DNA of 64,000 nucleotides from Andalucia godoyi And28 (lineage: Eukaryota; Protista; Jakobida): NCBI GenBank assembly GCA_009859145.1, contig VRVR01000009.1, positions 251,500 to 315,499 of the forward strand. Direction: 5' to 3'. The notes beneath the pieces were generated by a model that saw only the letters and a list, made by a program, of their open reading frames with translations, ran no database searches and was not told where the DNA came from. The number at the start of each line of letters is the position of its first letter. The stretch's first letter is position 1. The position numbers and the translations under genes are program-made. Shown one piece after another: positions 1 through 9,046 of this stretch.

Positions 1-1892
1 TTCCACAGTTTCTCGGAGAGCGATGTGGAGGCGACCCTTGAACTTTCTGGAAGATGCGGCACATTGAGCAGACGGTGTATGAATTCGAGAGCGTACAAGA
101 CGGTAATGCGTTGGTAGCCAGCCATGTGAAAATCAATCCACTCCGACACAATATAAAGCCACCGTTCTCGATCGGATTGTGAAATTGCATGGGCTCCATC
201 ATTTTCATCATTGCCACATGCCTCTCCAAGCAAGAATGTCGACTCAGACACTACTGGCAACTTTTGTTGCACGGACAAAAACATGGCTCGAATTGCATTC
301 GACACGACCTCACCTTCCTTCTTCGCCAGCAGGATTCGCTGTTCGCGGGTCAGGCTCGTCCCCTTCTTTTTCCAGATAGACATCGAAGACTCGAAGAATT
401 CGGGCAACGCAGAAGCAAAGATGGAAGGGCACCAAGAAACACACGCAACTAAATCGGAAAGGAACTCCGAGTCGATTCCTATCAAGTCATTGGATTTGTC
501 GTGCAACAAACACTGCAGGACTGATACATGCTTCATGGGATGGAGCGACCCTAGCGAGACGGGCGGTGACGGAAATGAGACCACTCCAATGTGCACGGCA
601 GACACACAGAGACCACACGCAGATTCACTAGACATATCCATAGTAGAAACCCAGTCAACGAGTTCTTCTCCCGAAGAATCGTGGTTTGCAAACGAGACGC
701 ACGCTCGCACGACTGTCTTCAGCGTCTGTCTCGTGATTCTTCTAATTTCCCATACATTGGAGCACCACGTTCGCAGCAGAACGTCCAAACACACCAGCAC
801 TATCTTCTTTAAAAATGCGGGGTCGACGGAATGAGAGCTCGTGGAAAATGAAAAAGAGTGATCGGCATCGGGACTTAAACTGAGAGACAGGGACTTTTTG
901 TGAGCAGACGAATTTGTCGGAGACGGTGAGAACGCAGAGGATCTTCGAAGGTGTTGGGCTTCTCGCAACACATACAACGTTTCTTCTTGCGGAAACGTCT
1001 GTGGATAGAATAAAATATAGCGCCGCAGAAGGCTATCGAGACACATGAGCACAGATTCAGAGGTGTACCAATTCTCCTCGACATCCGATTGCCCGAATAG
1101 ACAATCGACCAGCGACTGGTCACCACCGGACGTGAACAGCATGACGGCGCAAATGTACGAAACGGATTGTCGAACAGTGGATGCCGGATGTGACATGGAG
1201 CTTCTCATGATGAGGAAGAAATCCTTTGTGGAGAAGAACGGGAGGTGGAGTTTTCTTGCAATGGAAAAGGACAGTCTCAGCAACGAGTCCGTGTAATAGT
1301 CATTCTGTTCCGGGATTGTGAAAGGAGATGTGGACTGCACAGATGCTGGCACCGATATGCAGCCTGCCATTCTCAATTGTTGCGCAAGATCCGATATGCA
1401 TTGCTGCAGCAATAGCTCAACTTCGGACTGCAGCATCCCACGGGACAGTATGCCAGTCAGCGCGCGCCTCGCTTGTGACCGAACGTCCATGTTTTCATTC
1501 GCCATCCAGTTCCACAACACCTGAATTTCCTCGTTTCTCAATCGCACTGTGTCTGAAAACAGCAGGCTACTTCTTCTAATCAGCGCACATATTGCTGCAG
1601 TAATACCGTCTCTTGTCTGCCACCTCCCATCATCCAGCGTTAACAGCCACGAAACCAACCCTTCGCACGTAACTGATTCCGAATCCAACAGCGCATTCGC
1701 CAGGAAACTCGAGGACAATGACCGAACCACAGACCATACATCCTTGATGCAAGCAGCAATCAGCGGCAGTGAGGCACGCGAGCACAGAGGAGACGAATTT
1801 GTGAACAACGCTGCAGAGTACTTTCGAAGTCGCTCTTCAGGCGCCAAGATCGGCCATTCCTCAAACGCAGGATCTTCCAGCTTGTCCATCAT
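1..1892 (-). CDS. Partial (runs off the left edge) HEAT/ARM-like helical-repeat protein, >=630 aa, not in the ORF track
   Basis: Manual minus-strand translation from ATG at 1892 (MMDKLEDPAFEEWP...) found no stop down to position 1. It contains amphipathic segments resembling HEAT repeats (NENMDVRSQARRAL, HPASTVRQSVSYI, SNVWEIRRITRQTL). The plus-strand ORFs here are antisense shadows. Confidence 0.8.
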   Translation of the reverse strand, partial: MMDKLEDPAFEEWPILAPEERLRKYSAALFTNSSPLCSRASLPLIAACIKDVWSVVRSLSSSFLANALLDSESVTCEGLVSWLLTLDDGRWQTRDGITAAICALIRRSSLLFSDTVRLRNEEIQVLWNWMANENMDVRSQARRALTGILSRGMLQSEVELLLQQCISDLAQQLRMAGCISVPASVQSTSPFTIPEQNDYYTDSLLRLSFSIARKLHLPFFSTKDFFLIMRSSMSHPASTVRQSVSYICAVMLFTSGGDQSLVDCLFGQSDVEENWYTSESVLMCLDSLLRRYILFYPQTFPQEETLYVLREAQHLRRSSAFSPSPTNSSAHKKSLSLSLSPDADHSFSFSTSSHSVDPAFLKKIVLVCLDVLLRTWCSNVWEIRRITRQTLKTVVRACVSFANHDSSGEELVDWVSTMDMSSESACGLCVSAVHIGVVSFPSPPVSLGSLHPMKHVSVLQCLLHDKSNDLIGIDSEFLSDLVACVSWCPSIFASALPEFFESSMSIWKKKGTSLTREQRILLAKKEGEVVSNAIRAMFLSVQQKLPVVSESTFLLGEACGNDENDGAHAISQSDRERWLYIVSEWIDFHMAGYQRITVLYALEFIHRLLNVPHLPESSRVASTSLSEKLW

Positions 1893-2632
1893 TGCTGGAT
1901 TTAAAGGCCTTTTGAATTGATGATATCTTCTCTTTCTCTCTCTTTCTCTCTCTTTCTCTCTCTCCCAATTAGTAGTCGCGGTACGTGATGGTTGCCAGCA
2001 GTAATCAAATGACCAAATAACCCAAAGAAAAGAAAGATGAAAGATATTGAAATTATGAAATTATGAAGGAAAGAATAAGGGAAAAGAGCGGCTGGTATAC
2101 CGCAATACGTGTCCAGGACAATAGGAAATCAGGGGAGTCTGAAAGGGATGTGTGTGCGCCAGCCCTTTTTGGGGGAAACGTAGCAACGTGACGACTGATG
2201 ATGAGCTGTTTGCTTGCAACTGAACAGGAGAGAGTACAGTACCGAAAGAGTGAAGGAAAAAGACACTTGAGGTCTTGAGTCTTCGAGTCTGTTTGGCTTT
2301 TTGAAGTATTTTTTGATCAATTCTGTAAGGGCGCTTCCATAAAATTTCAATTCAGAAATTCCAGCAATTCCCTGCACTGATTTAAATGGTGTGTGCCCTA
2401 AGGTGGTTTGAAGAAGGGGAAAAAAAAGACTGTAGCTGATTGTGGACCCTTTTCGCCATTTTGACACGAAGGTCCTCATTTCCTGACTGTTCTGTGTTTT
2501 ATCTTTCACCGTATTCTCTTTCTTTCTTTCTTCGTTCGTTCGTTCGTGTGTTCATTCTTCTTTTGTTTCCCCCTCACTTCTCTCTCTGTCTCTCTGCCTC
2601 TCCCTTTCCGTCTCTATTTCTCTCTACCTTTG

Positions 2633-2633
<1 letters not shown>

Positions 2634-2713
<80 letters not shown>

Positions 2714-2739
2714 ACCTTCTTCTTCTTCTTCTTCTTCTT
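2634..2739 (+). repeat. Compound microsatellite (CA)25(TA)14 followed by (CTT)n
   Basis: Read directly; lies about 60-160 nt upstream of the ATG at 2797. Confidence 0.95.
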
Positions 2740-2796
2740 TTGTTGTCATAGCAAATCCAAGTAGGGGCACTTCTTGTTTCAACGTCGTTATTAAAA

Positions 2797-4746
2797 ATGA
2801 CCGACCTTGCTTCTTTGGAGGCTCAACTTCTCGCAGCGCCTACGGATAACAATGGTTCAGAGACCCTGGCTCATAAATTCATGGAATCCCCCCTCCAACC
2901 GTCATCATCATCATCGGCGGCGGCGGCGGCGGTTGGACCCTCGGGGTCAGCAGCAGGACGATCTTCGAGGATTCTTGGGATGCTGATGACAGATTCTGCG
3001 CAGTCTTTTGGTTCACAAAATCTCGGTGCTGCGGTCACCACGGCGTCTGGATTGTCAAGGAACGACGTGGCTCCTCGGTCTGTTCCAGGAGCGCACTTAA
3101 ACAAGATTATGTACACGAAAGAGTTCCTGATTTCTCTGCGAGATTCGCCTTTGGTGAAGGGAGCGAATGTCGTGCCTGCAATTATTGCAAAGCGAGAAGA
3201 GATTTTGAGGAGTTTGTCTGGAAACATGATCGGTAATCCGACCCGAAGATTACAGTCTTCGGCATCGTCCATGTCGTCGAATGCAGGGTCTTCATCATCG
3301 TCGTCATCATCTTCTTCTTCCGCATCCTCAGCGGCTTTTTCAAGTTCTCGAGGAAGAGGCGGCAGAAACGGTTCGAACAGCCGAAGTGCGTTCGGCGAAG
3401 GACGAGGATCGAATCGTAACAGCGGACATAACTCCAACTTGCATAATGCTGCGACATTTGGTGGTGGCAGGGGCGACTCCTTGATGGACGACGAAACTCC
3501 AGAATGGCTTTCTGGTGGTGGCGCGGACTCGGATTTGTCATCGATGAGCAAGGCGACGGGTTCGCTGGAAAGGGAGCGAATTGCGTTTCAGAAACGCTCT
3601 GGTGCATTTTCAAAGCAGGATCCTGCTGTGATGGCGCAGGCAGCCGATTCCGTAGAGGAAGCCGCTTCCAGTCAGATTCAGCAATCGTCCGATTTCTCGG
3701 GGGCGCGGAAATCGAGGTTCATGGGGATGTTTAGAAATGATGATGGGTCTTTGCAAGAGGAGGAAGGCGGAGCCGCTCATCTTCCTGTTGCTTCGGATGA
3801 CCAAGATGTTCTCCTCGAACCGGCGATTCTCGAATCGGATACAGACCTGATCGAGAGCACGATGAAAAACTCGCCACCAAGGCCGCAGCAACAGCACCCA
3901 CCGGAAAAGAGTCCGGTGTCGACCCAGGCTCACCACGTGCATTCTCGATTGCCGCTTCATAACATTCCTGCGCATCCTGGTGTTCCTGCGTCTCCTAATC
4001 CAAAGCAAGAAGAGGTCATTAATCTCTTTTACCAGGATCCCCATGCATCGTTAGGACGGTCCTCATCAGGACCGCGTGCAGATTCGCTTCCCCACAGCGG
4101 CGTGGGCCACTTGCCAGTTCAGCAGGCCACACCGGGCACGTCGTTTCACGCACCTGGAATGCCTTCTAAAGCGGGCGCATACGGTCCAGGGCCCGCGCCG
4201 TCACATATGCTCCCCGGTCCGCCGTCGCAGTATCAAGAATACTTTCCGCCTGCGCAGCCCCCCGTGCCGGTGAACGCGAATGCTCACCCTGCTGCAATGC
4301 AGGGGCCAGGACCAGGACCAGGAATCCAGGGTCCTTACATGATGCCTTATATGGGGAGCCATCAGGGTCCGATGGCGATGGGAATGCCTCCGCACCCGGG
4401 AATGATGCACATGATGCACATGCGCCCTCCCCCACACCCCGGTCACGGGCCAATGATGATGGGGCCTCCGCCTCCTGGAATGGCCGGACCGATGTTCTAC
4501 CCACCGGGACCGGGAATGATGTCCGGACCTGCAATGTATGGCCATCCGTTTGCCGGCGTACCGAATCAAGCTCCTTCTGGAATGGACGTCTCCAACTCGG
4601 GCCCGCCTCAGATGGTACCCAACGGTTTAGAGCGATGGTTTGGGCCTGCTGGCCATGCTCCCCAGCAATCTCAGTTTGATGTCTCGTCCAGAAATGTCCG
4701 AGGGATGACTGCCGAAGATTTGGAGAGACAGTTATCGTCCTCTTAG
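2797..4746 (+). CDS. eIF4E-transporter (4E-T/EIF4ENIF1)-like eIF4E-binding protein, largely disordered, 649 aa
   Basis: YTKEFLI (YxxxxL-phi, 3112-3132), DDETPEWLS (3487-3513), SRFMGMF (3712-3732) and C-terminal GLERWFG...MTAEDLERQ. These occur in the same order as the human 4E-T motifs as I recall them (YTKEELL, EEEPEWFS, SRFSRWF, LAKWFG...ISVDELEYRQ). Confidence 0.7.
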   Translation: MTDLASLEAQLLAAPTDNNGSETLAHKFMESPLQPSSSSSAAAAAVGPSGSAAGRSSRILGMLMTDSAQSFGSQNLGAAVTTASGLSRNDVAPRSVPGAHLNKIMYTKEFLISLRDSPLVKGANVVPAIIAKREEILRSLSGNMIGNPTRRLQSSASSMSSNAGSSSSSSSSSSSASSAAFSSSRGRGGRNGSNSRSAFGEGRGSNRNSGHNSNLHNAATFGGGRGDSLMDDETPEWLSGGGADSDLSSMSKATGSLERERIAFQKRSGAFSKQDPAVMAQAADSVEEAASSQIQQSSDFSGARKSRFMGMFRNDDGSLQEEEGGAAHLPVASDDQDVLLEPAILESDTDLIESTMKNSPPRPQQQHPPEKSPVSTQAHHVHSRLPLHNIPAHPGVPASPNPKQEEVINLFYQDPHASLGRSSSGPRADSLPHSGVGHLPVQQATPGTSFHAPGMPSKAGAYGPGPAPSHMLPGPPSQYQEYFPPAQPPVPVNANAHPAAMQGPGPGPGIQGPYMMPYMGSHQGPMAMGMPPHPGMMHMMHMRPPPHPGHGPMMMGPPPPGMAGPMFYPPGPGMMSGPAMYGHPFAGVPNQAPSGMDVSNSGPPQMVPNGLERWFGPAGHAPQQSQFDVSSRNVRGMTAEDLERQLSSS

Positions 4747-5762
4747 TTCCACCAATGCTATGCGACTTATGTAAATCTTGCCGGTTCACTATCTTGCCCT
4801 TTCCCCAAGTTGCTGCTGGTGCAAAACAAGAAGAAGAAAACGCCTCTGTCTCGTCTTATCACACATCCTCGGTGATCTTTTCCTTATTCTTTAATACAGA
4901 GTAATTGTGCACCACTCTCGCTACTGGCGAATGTACTGTGATCCAGTCGCCGCTGCGCTAAGCTTCATTGCGAGCGTGAGGTGCATTAAAATGTCATGTT
5001 AGCAGAGTTATTTGAATTCGCAATCTGCATGCTGTTAAGAAACGCCTTTTGACGACGTACATGGTTCTGGAGACCACACAGTGCCATGTGGCTCAAGAGA
5101 ACCCCCCGCTGGTTCTTCCCCCCGTAAAATACACATCTGCATCGTCAAATATGTCTCTATCCATTGCACAGAGTAGTGCGGGTGTCTTCGATGCTGTCTG
5201 CCTAGCGGAATCGATCTTCTGGGCTGCTAATGACTGCCGTTTTTTCGCAGTCTTCTTAGACATCTGCACGAGCAGAATTCCTTCGAGCCGCAGCTTTGCA
5301 GCGGAAGCCGATACTGACAGCAGTTCTGCGAGAACCGGTCTTCGTTTCCGAAACTTTCAGTTCCAGTCTGGACAAAGTACCTGGGGTTGAGCGGATTCCG
5401 CTGGATGGCACGTTTTCTAGGAAGAACGAGTTTTCGTTCCATAACTCGTACAGCTGCACAGTCTGGAACCTGCGCTCATGTTCTTGAGCGCGGTCTTTCA
5501 CAGAGCAAGCGTATTACCGGTAGACGTGAAAGCCGCAGACCTCAACGGCGACGCCCAGGATCTGTCCTCTGCGGACTCTGCAGTTCAGCTGAACGTCTGT
5601 AGTGCAAAAATGTCATCTAAATCGGACAAGTGCTGTTTTTTATATCGGACATTTCTGGGCAAATTGCCGAATACGCTTCTGCTTCTCTTCTTCTGCTTCT
5701 TCTTGTACTTTATGTTTATTGATCCTCTTCTATTTGCTGTGCAAACGAGTCGAGAAGCCAGT

Positions 5763-6375
5763 ATGGAGCCTGTACGCGTTGCGATCGGTTCGGATCATGG
5801 AGGGGTGGTCTTGAAACATGAAATCGTGCAGTTCCTCAAAACTCTGGACTGTGTTTCCAACGTGAATGACATAGGCCCATTTTCTGCAGATCGTGTATGT
5901 CTTTTTGTAAGCTTCTTTCGTGTTCCTTCTCGTTCTCGTTCTCCTTCCTTCCTCCCCTCCCTCACTCCTCTCACTCACTCACCCACCCACTCACCGAATT
6001 GCTGTGTTATTGTTGATGGTGCAGGTTGACTATCCGGACTTTGCGAAACTCGTGTGTGATGAGGTGACGAGTAAGCGATCCGACTTTGGAATCGTGGTGT
6101 GCGGATCGGGAATCGGCGTGTCAATTGCAGCCAACAAGGTTCGAGGCATTCGCTGTGGGCTTTGCCATGACCATTACTCAGCAAAGATGTGTAGACTTCA
6201 CAATAATTGCAATGTGGTGGCTCTTGGAGAACGCACAACGGGCGTTGAGGTGGCGAAAGATATTGTGGACACGTTTCTCCGCACGCCTTTTGAGGGTGGT
6301 CGACATGTAGAGCGTGTCAACAAGATTATGGACCTTGAAGAGGGTTGCGGCAGCTGTGCATCGCATGAGAACTGA
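5763..6375 (+). CDS. rpiB: Ribose-5-phosphate isomerase B; exons 5763-5894 and 6025-6375, 160 aa
   Basis: AIGSDHGG, CGSGIG, RLHNNCNV and F-x-GGRH-xx-RV motifs. Intron 5895-6024 (GTATGT...GCAG) joins the two ORF-track fragments into SADR|VDYPDF. Confidence 0.95.
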
Positions 6376-6517
6376 ATTTTGCAGGATCCGACTGGTACGA
6401 TGATGTGGGCGAGTATGTTGAGGAGATGGGAAATTTTGGAAGGGTGTTTACTGCGAGGTTTCTTTGATGGTTAAAAGGTTGCGCAAGCCTAGAACGGTGG
6501 GCGGCGGGTCTTCCTTT

Positions 6518-8572
6518 TTACTCTGAGATTCCCAGTTCTTTCAGGAAGGCGACGTTGGACGGATCCCGACCCAGGAAATCTCGAATCAGCTCATCGCCAT
6601 CTTTGCTGCCGCCCTTTGAAAGGAGGGTATCGCGCAAGTGGAGGCCCACGCGAGATGAAAACACGTCGCCTCCTTCTTCAAACTTGGAAAACAGATCGCA
6701 AGCCAGCAGCAATGAGTAAATGTAAGAGTAATATCCGGATCCATAGGACGATGCTAAATGGTTGAACGTGGCCGCAGGTCGTGTTCCGGGAGTGTGCATC
6801 ACTCGCGAAATCTCGTGACGCATCTTTGCCCACAGCTCAACAATGTCGATGTCCTTGGCGGCTTGCTGGGATTTCACTGTATGCACGTGCATGTCAAAGA
6901 AGCCAAAGAACAGCTGGCGACAGTAGAACAATCCGGAGCATGCACTGCGCGACCGAATGAGCCGCTCCATCATGTCATCGGGAAGCGATTCTCCCGTTTT
7001 GTAGTGCTTTGACAGCAAACGGAGCCCTTCCTTGTGCCACGTCCAATTCTCGAATGCCTGCGAAGGAACTTCCACAAAATCCAACTCAACCCGAGTGCCC
7101 GAGAACAGCGGATACTTCACTCGCGAAAGGATACCGTGCCATCCATGTCCCGCCTCGTGCAGGAAGGTCGTAACTTCTGAATGCCGCAACAACGACGGCT
7201 GCGTCTCGGTTGCCTTTGTAAAGTTGCACACAAGCGCAGAAATCGGATACTGACGGGTCGTCGCGTCCACCTCATACGATGGCTGCAGAGAAAACGCTGC
7301 CGCATGTCCGTACTTTCCCGGCCTCGGGTACAAATCCAGATACAGCTGACCACAAAACTCTCCGGTTTCCTTGTCGTACACCGAATACAATTCGACATCT
7401 TCGTGCCACGTCTTTCCAGAACCAGCAGTATCCTCCTTCTCAACACGAACGTTAAGAACACGCTGATAAATGTCAAACATCCCCTTGATGACATGGTCGG
7501 TCGGGAAATATTGAGAAAGCTCGTTCTCGTTGATGGAAAAGTTCTTTTCTTTGAACTGCTCCATAAGATAATTGAAATCCCAAGCATTCATCTCTTTCTG
7601 ACCGCGCGTCCGCTCTTCCAGGTCGAGCAAGGTGCGCTTCTCTTCCTCTGCCAGCGGCACAAGTTTTGCATGCAAGTTTTGCAGAAAGGACATGACGTTC
7701 GGCACAGTCTTGGCCATACGCACCTCTAGAGCATAGTCCGAATAAGAATCGTAGCCCAGCAGCGAAGCAAGCTCTTGCCGCAGCTGAATGATGCTCTGCA
7801 TGGACGGAATGTTCTTTTCTGCACACCGATTGCCATACGTAAACTCCATCTTCTTTCGAGTCTCTTCAACCTTGCAATTCTTCAGAATCGGAAACATGAC
7901 TGGATAATCCAGCGTGAGCACAAACTTGTCATCCCCGTTCTTTTTCAAATTCGCGATGAACTCCTCTGGCATTCCGGCAAGATCTGCACGAGAAACTTCG
8001 AAAGAGGTCTGGTCTTCCGCTAACTCTCGTCCAAAATTGATGCTCAGCTCATTCAGCTCCTTTTTCACTTCCTTGATGCGCTCGCGGATGTCGTCCGGCT
8101 TGTCAAGGCCATTGCGTCGGTAGTCGCGCATGAAGCGGTCCACCAATCGCCGATCCGTTTCTGAAAGTCCCGCATACTCGCCGGATGCTTGCATATTGTC
8201 AAAAACAGACTTGACGGCTTGGAAGACATCCAGCCGCATTCCAGCCTCTACTGCATACGCCGACAGCAGCCGCCGAGCCTCCGTGCATGCATCACGGGTC
8301 TCCTTGGAAGAGCTGACATAGGACGGGAAAGTCAGATTTGACTCCTCGGAAGCATGACGTCCATCAAACTTGGTCATTGCGGCGACCACTGATGAAAAGG
8401 ACCGTTGATCTGCAGGCATTGTCGCAATCGAATCAAGAAACGACTTGGAATTTTCAATCAGCGACTTTGCCTTGTCGACAATTTCCGCTGCAGGATAGTC
8501 AAAGCGAAGCAAGTTCTTATTCATAGACGACATGATAGCATAAAATCGAATGGGAACGCGAATAAAGTTCAT
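6518..8572 (-). CDS. Thimet oligopeptidase/neurolysin-like M3A metallopeptidase
   Basis: HExxH (FLHEAGH), DLYPRPGKYGHAA, DFVEVPSQ, GYYSYIYS. An alternative start lies at Met14 (8533). Confidence 0.93.
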   Translation of the reverse strand: MNFIRVPIRFYAIMSSMNKNLLRFDYPAAEIVDKAKSLIENSKSFLDSIATMPADQRSFSSVVAAMTKFDGRHASEESNLTFPSYVSSSKETRDACTEARRLLSAYAVEAGMRLDVFQAVKSVFDNMQASGEYAGLSETDRRLVDRFMRDYRRNGLDKPDDIRERIKEVKKELNELSINFGRELAEDQTSFEVSRADLAGMPEEFIANLKKNGDDKFVLTLDYPVMFPILKNCKVEETRKKMEFTYGNRCAEKNIPSMQSIIQLRQELASLLGYDSYSDYALEVRMAKTVPNVMSFLQNLHAKLVPLAEEEKRTLLDLEERTRGQKEMNAWDFNYLMEQFKEKNFSINENELSQYFPTDHVIKGMFDIYQRVLNVRVEKEDTAGSGKTWHEDVELYSVYDKETGEFCGQLYLDLYPRPGKYGHAAAFSLQPSYEVDATTRQYPISALVCNFTKATETQPSLLRHSEVTTFLHEAGHGWHGILSRVKYPLFSGTRVELDFVEVPSQAFENWTWHKEGLRLLSKHYKTGESLPDDMMERLIRSRSACSGLFYCRQLFFGFFDMHVHTVKSQQAAKDIDIVELWAKMRHEISRVMHTPGTRPAATFNHLASSYGSGYYSYIYSLLLACDLFSKFEEGGDVFSSRVGLHLRDTLLSKGGSKDGDELIRDFLGRDPSNVAFLKELGISE

Positions 8573-8749
8573 GAACCTTTATAGGCCAAAAAGAACAAAC
8601 AAAAGAAAAATGAAAAATGAAAAATGAAAACAGGAAGAAAGAGCCGGATTTGAAACTTTGCATGCTCGATCTGAGAGGTAACTATGGGGAAGTCGAAGTT
8701 CAATTTGTTCTTTGCGTGGACTCGGGAAAAAGGAAAAAGAGGGGAGACA

Positions 8750-8818
8750 GAGAGAGCGAGACAGACAGATAGACAGACAGACAGACAGACACACACACAC
8801 ATATATATATATATATAT
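8750..8818 (+). repeat. Compound (AG)n/(AGAC)n/(AC)n/(AT)n microsatellite
   Basis: Read directly between the oligopeptidase start and the ATG2 stop. Confidence 0.9.
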
Positions 8819-9046
8819 GTATACCCAGACGCTACAGAAGTCAGCTTCTTTTATTACTACATCCTCGCATTCCTCGCATTCCTCAGAGATTTCCGAATTT
8901 CTGAATTCACAGTCCTACTGCCTCCGGGCTTACTCCTCGGTGCCCGTCGGTCTTTTCGGGTTGGCTTCATTTCATACGTCTTGTCCATGGCGAGTGGCGA
9001 CGTTTGGGCGTGAGGGTCGGTGCCCCAGAATGAAGATCAAACGGTC

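Noticed and set aside
2440-2751. Microsatellite-derived ORFs (2440-2751, 8569-8802, 29661-29927 and similar)
   Set aside because: They are translations of (CA)n, (TA)n and pyrimidine tracts.
2716-2760. Pyrimidine tract plus AG upstream of several start codons as evidence of spliced-leader trans-splicing
   Set aside because: Equally explained by 5' UTR introns or UTR composition; gene orientation alternates and no SL gene is visible.
5049-5477. Stop-codon reassignment or selenocysteine read-through joining 5049-5390 to rpiB
   Set aside because: A TAG follows the TGA in the same frame, and the confident genes use TAA, TAG and TGA as normal stops.
8893-8912. GAATTTCTGAATTCACA as a third copy of the 54-nt element (also 2343-2354)
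   Set aside because: Only the AT-rich 5' end matches; the stem and loop are absent.
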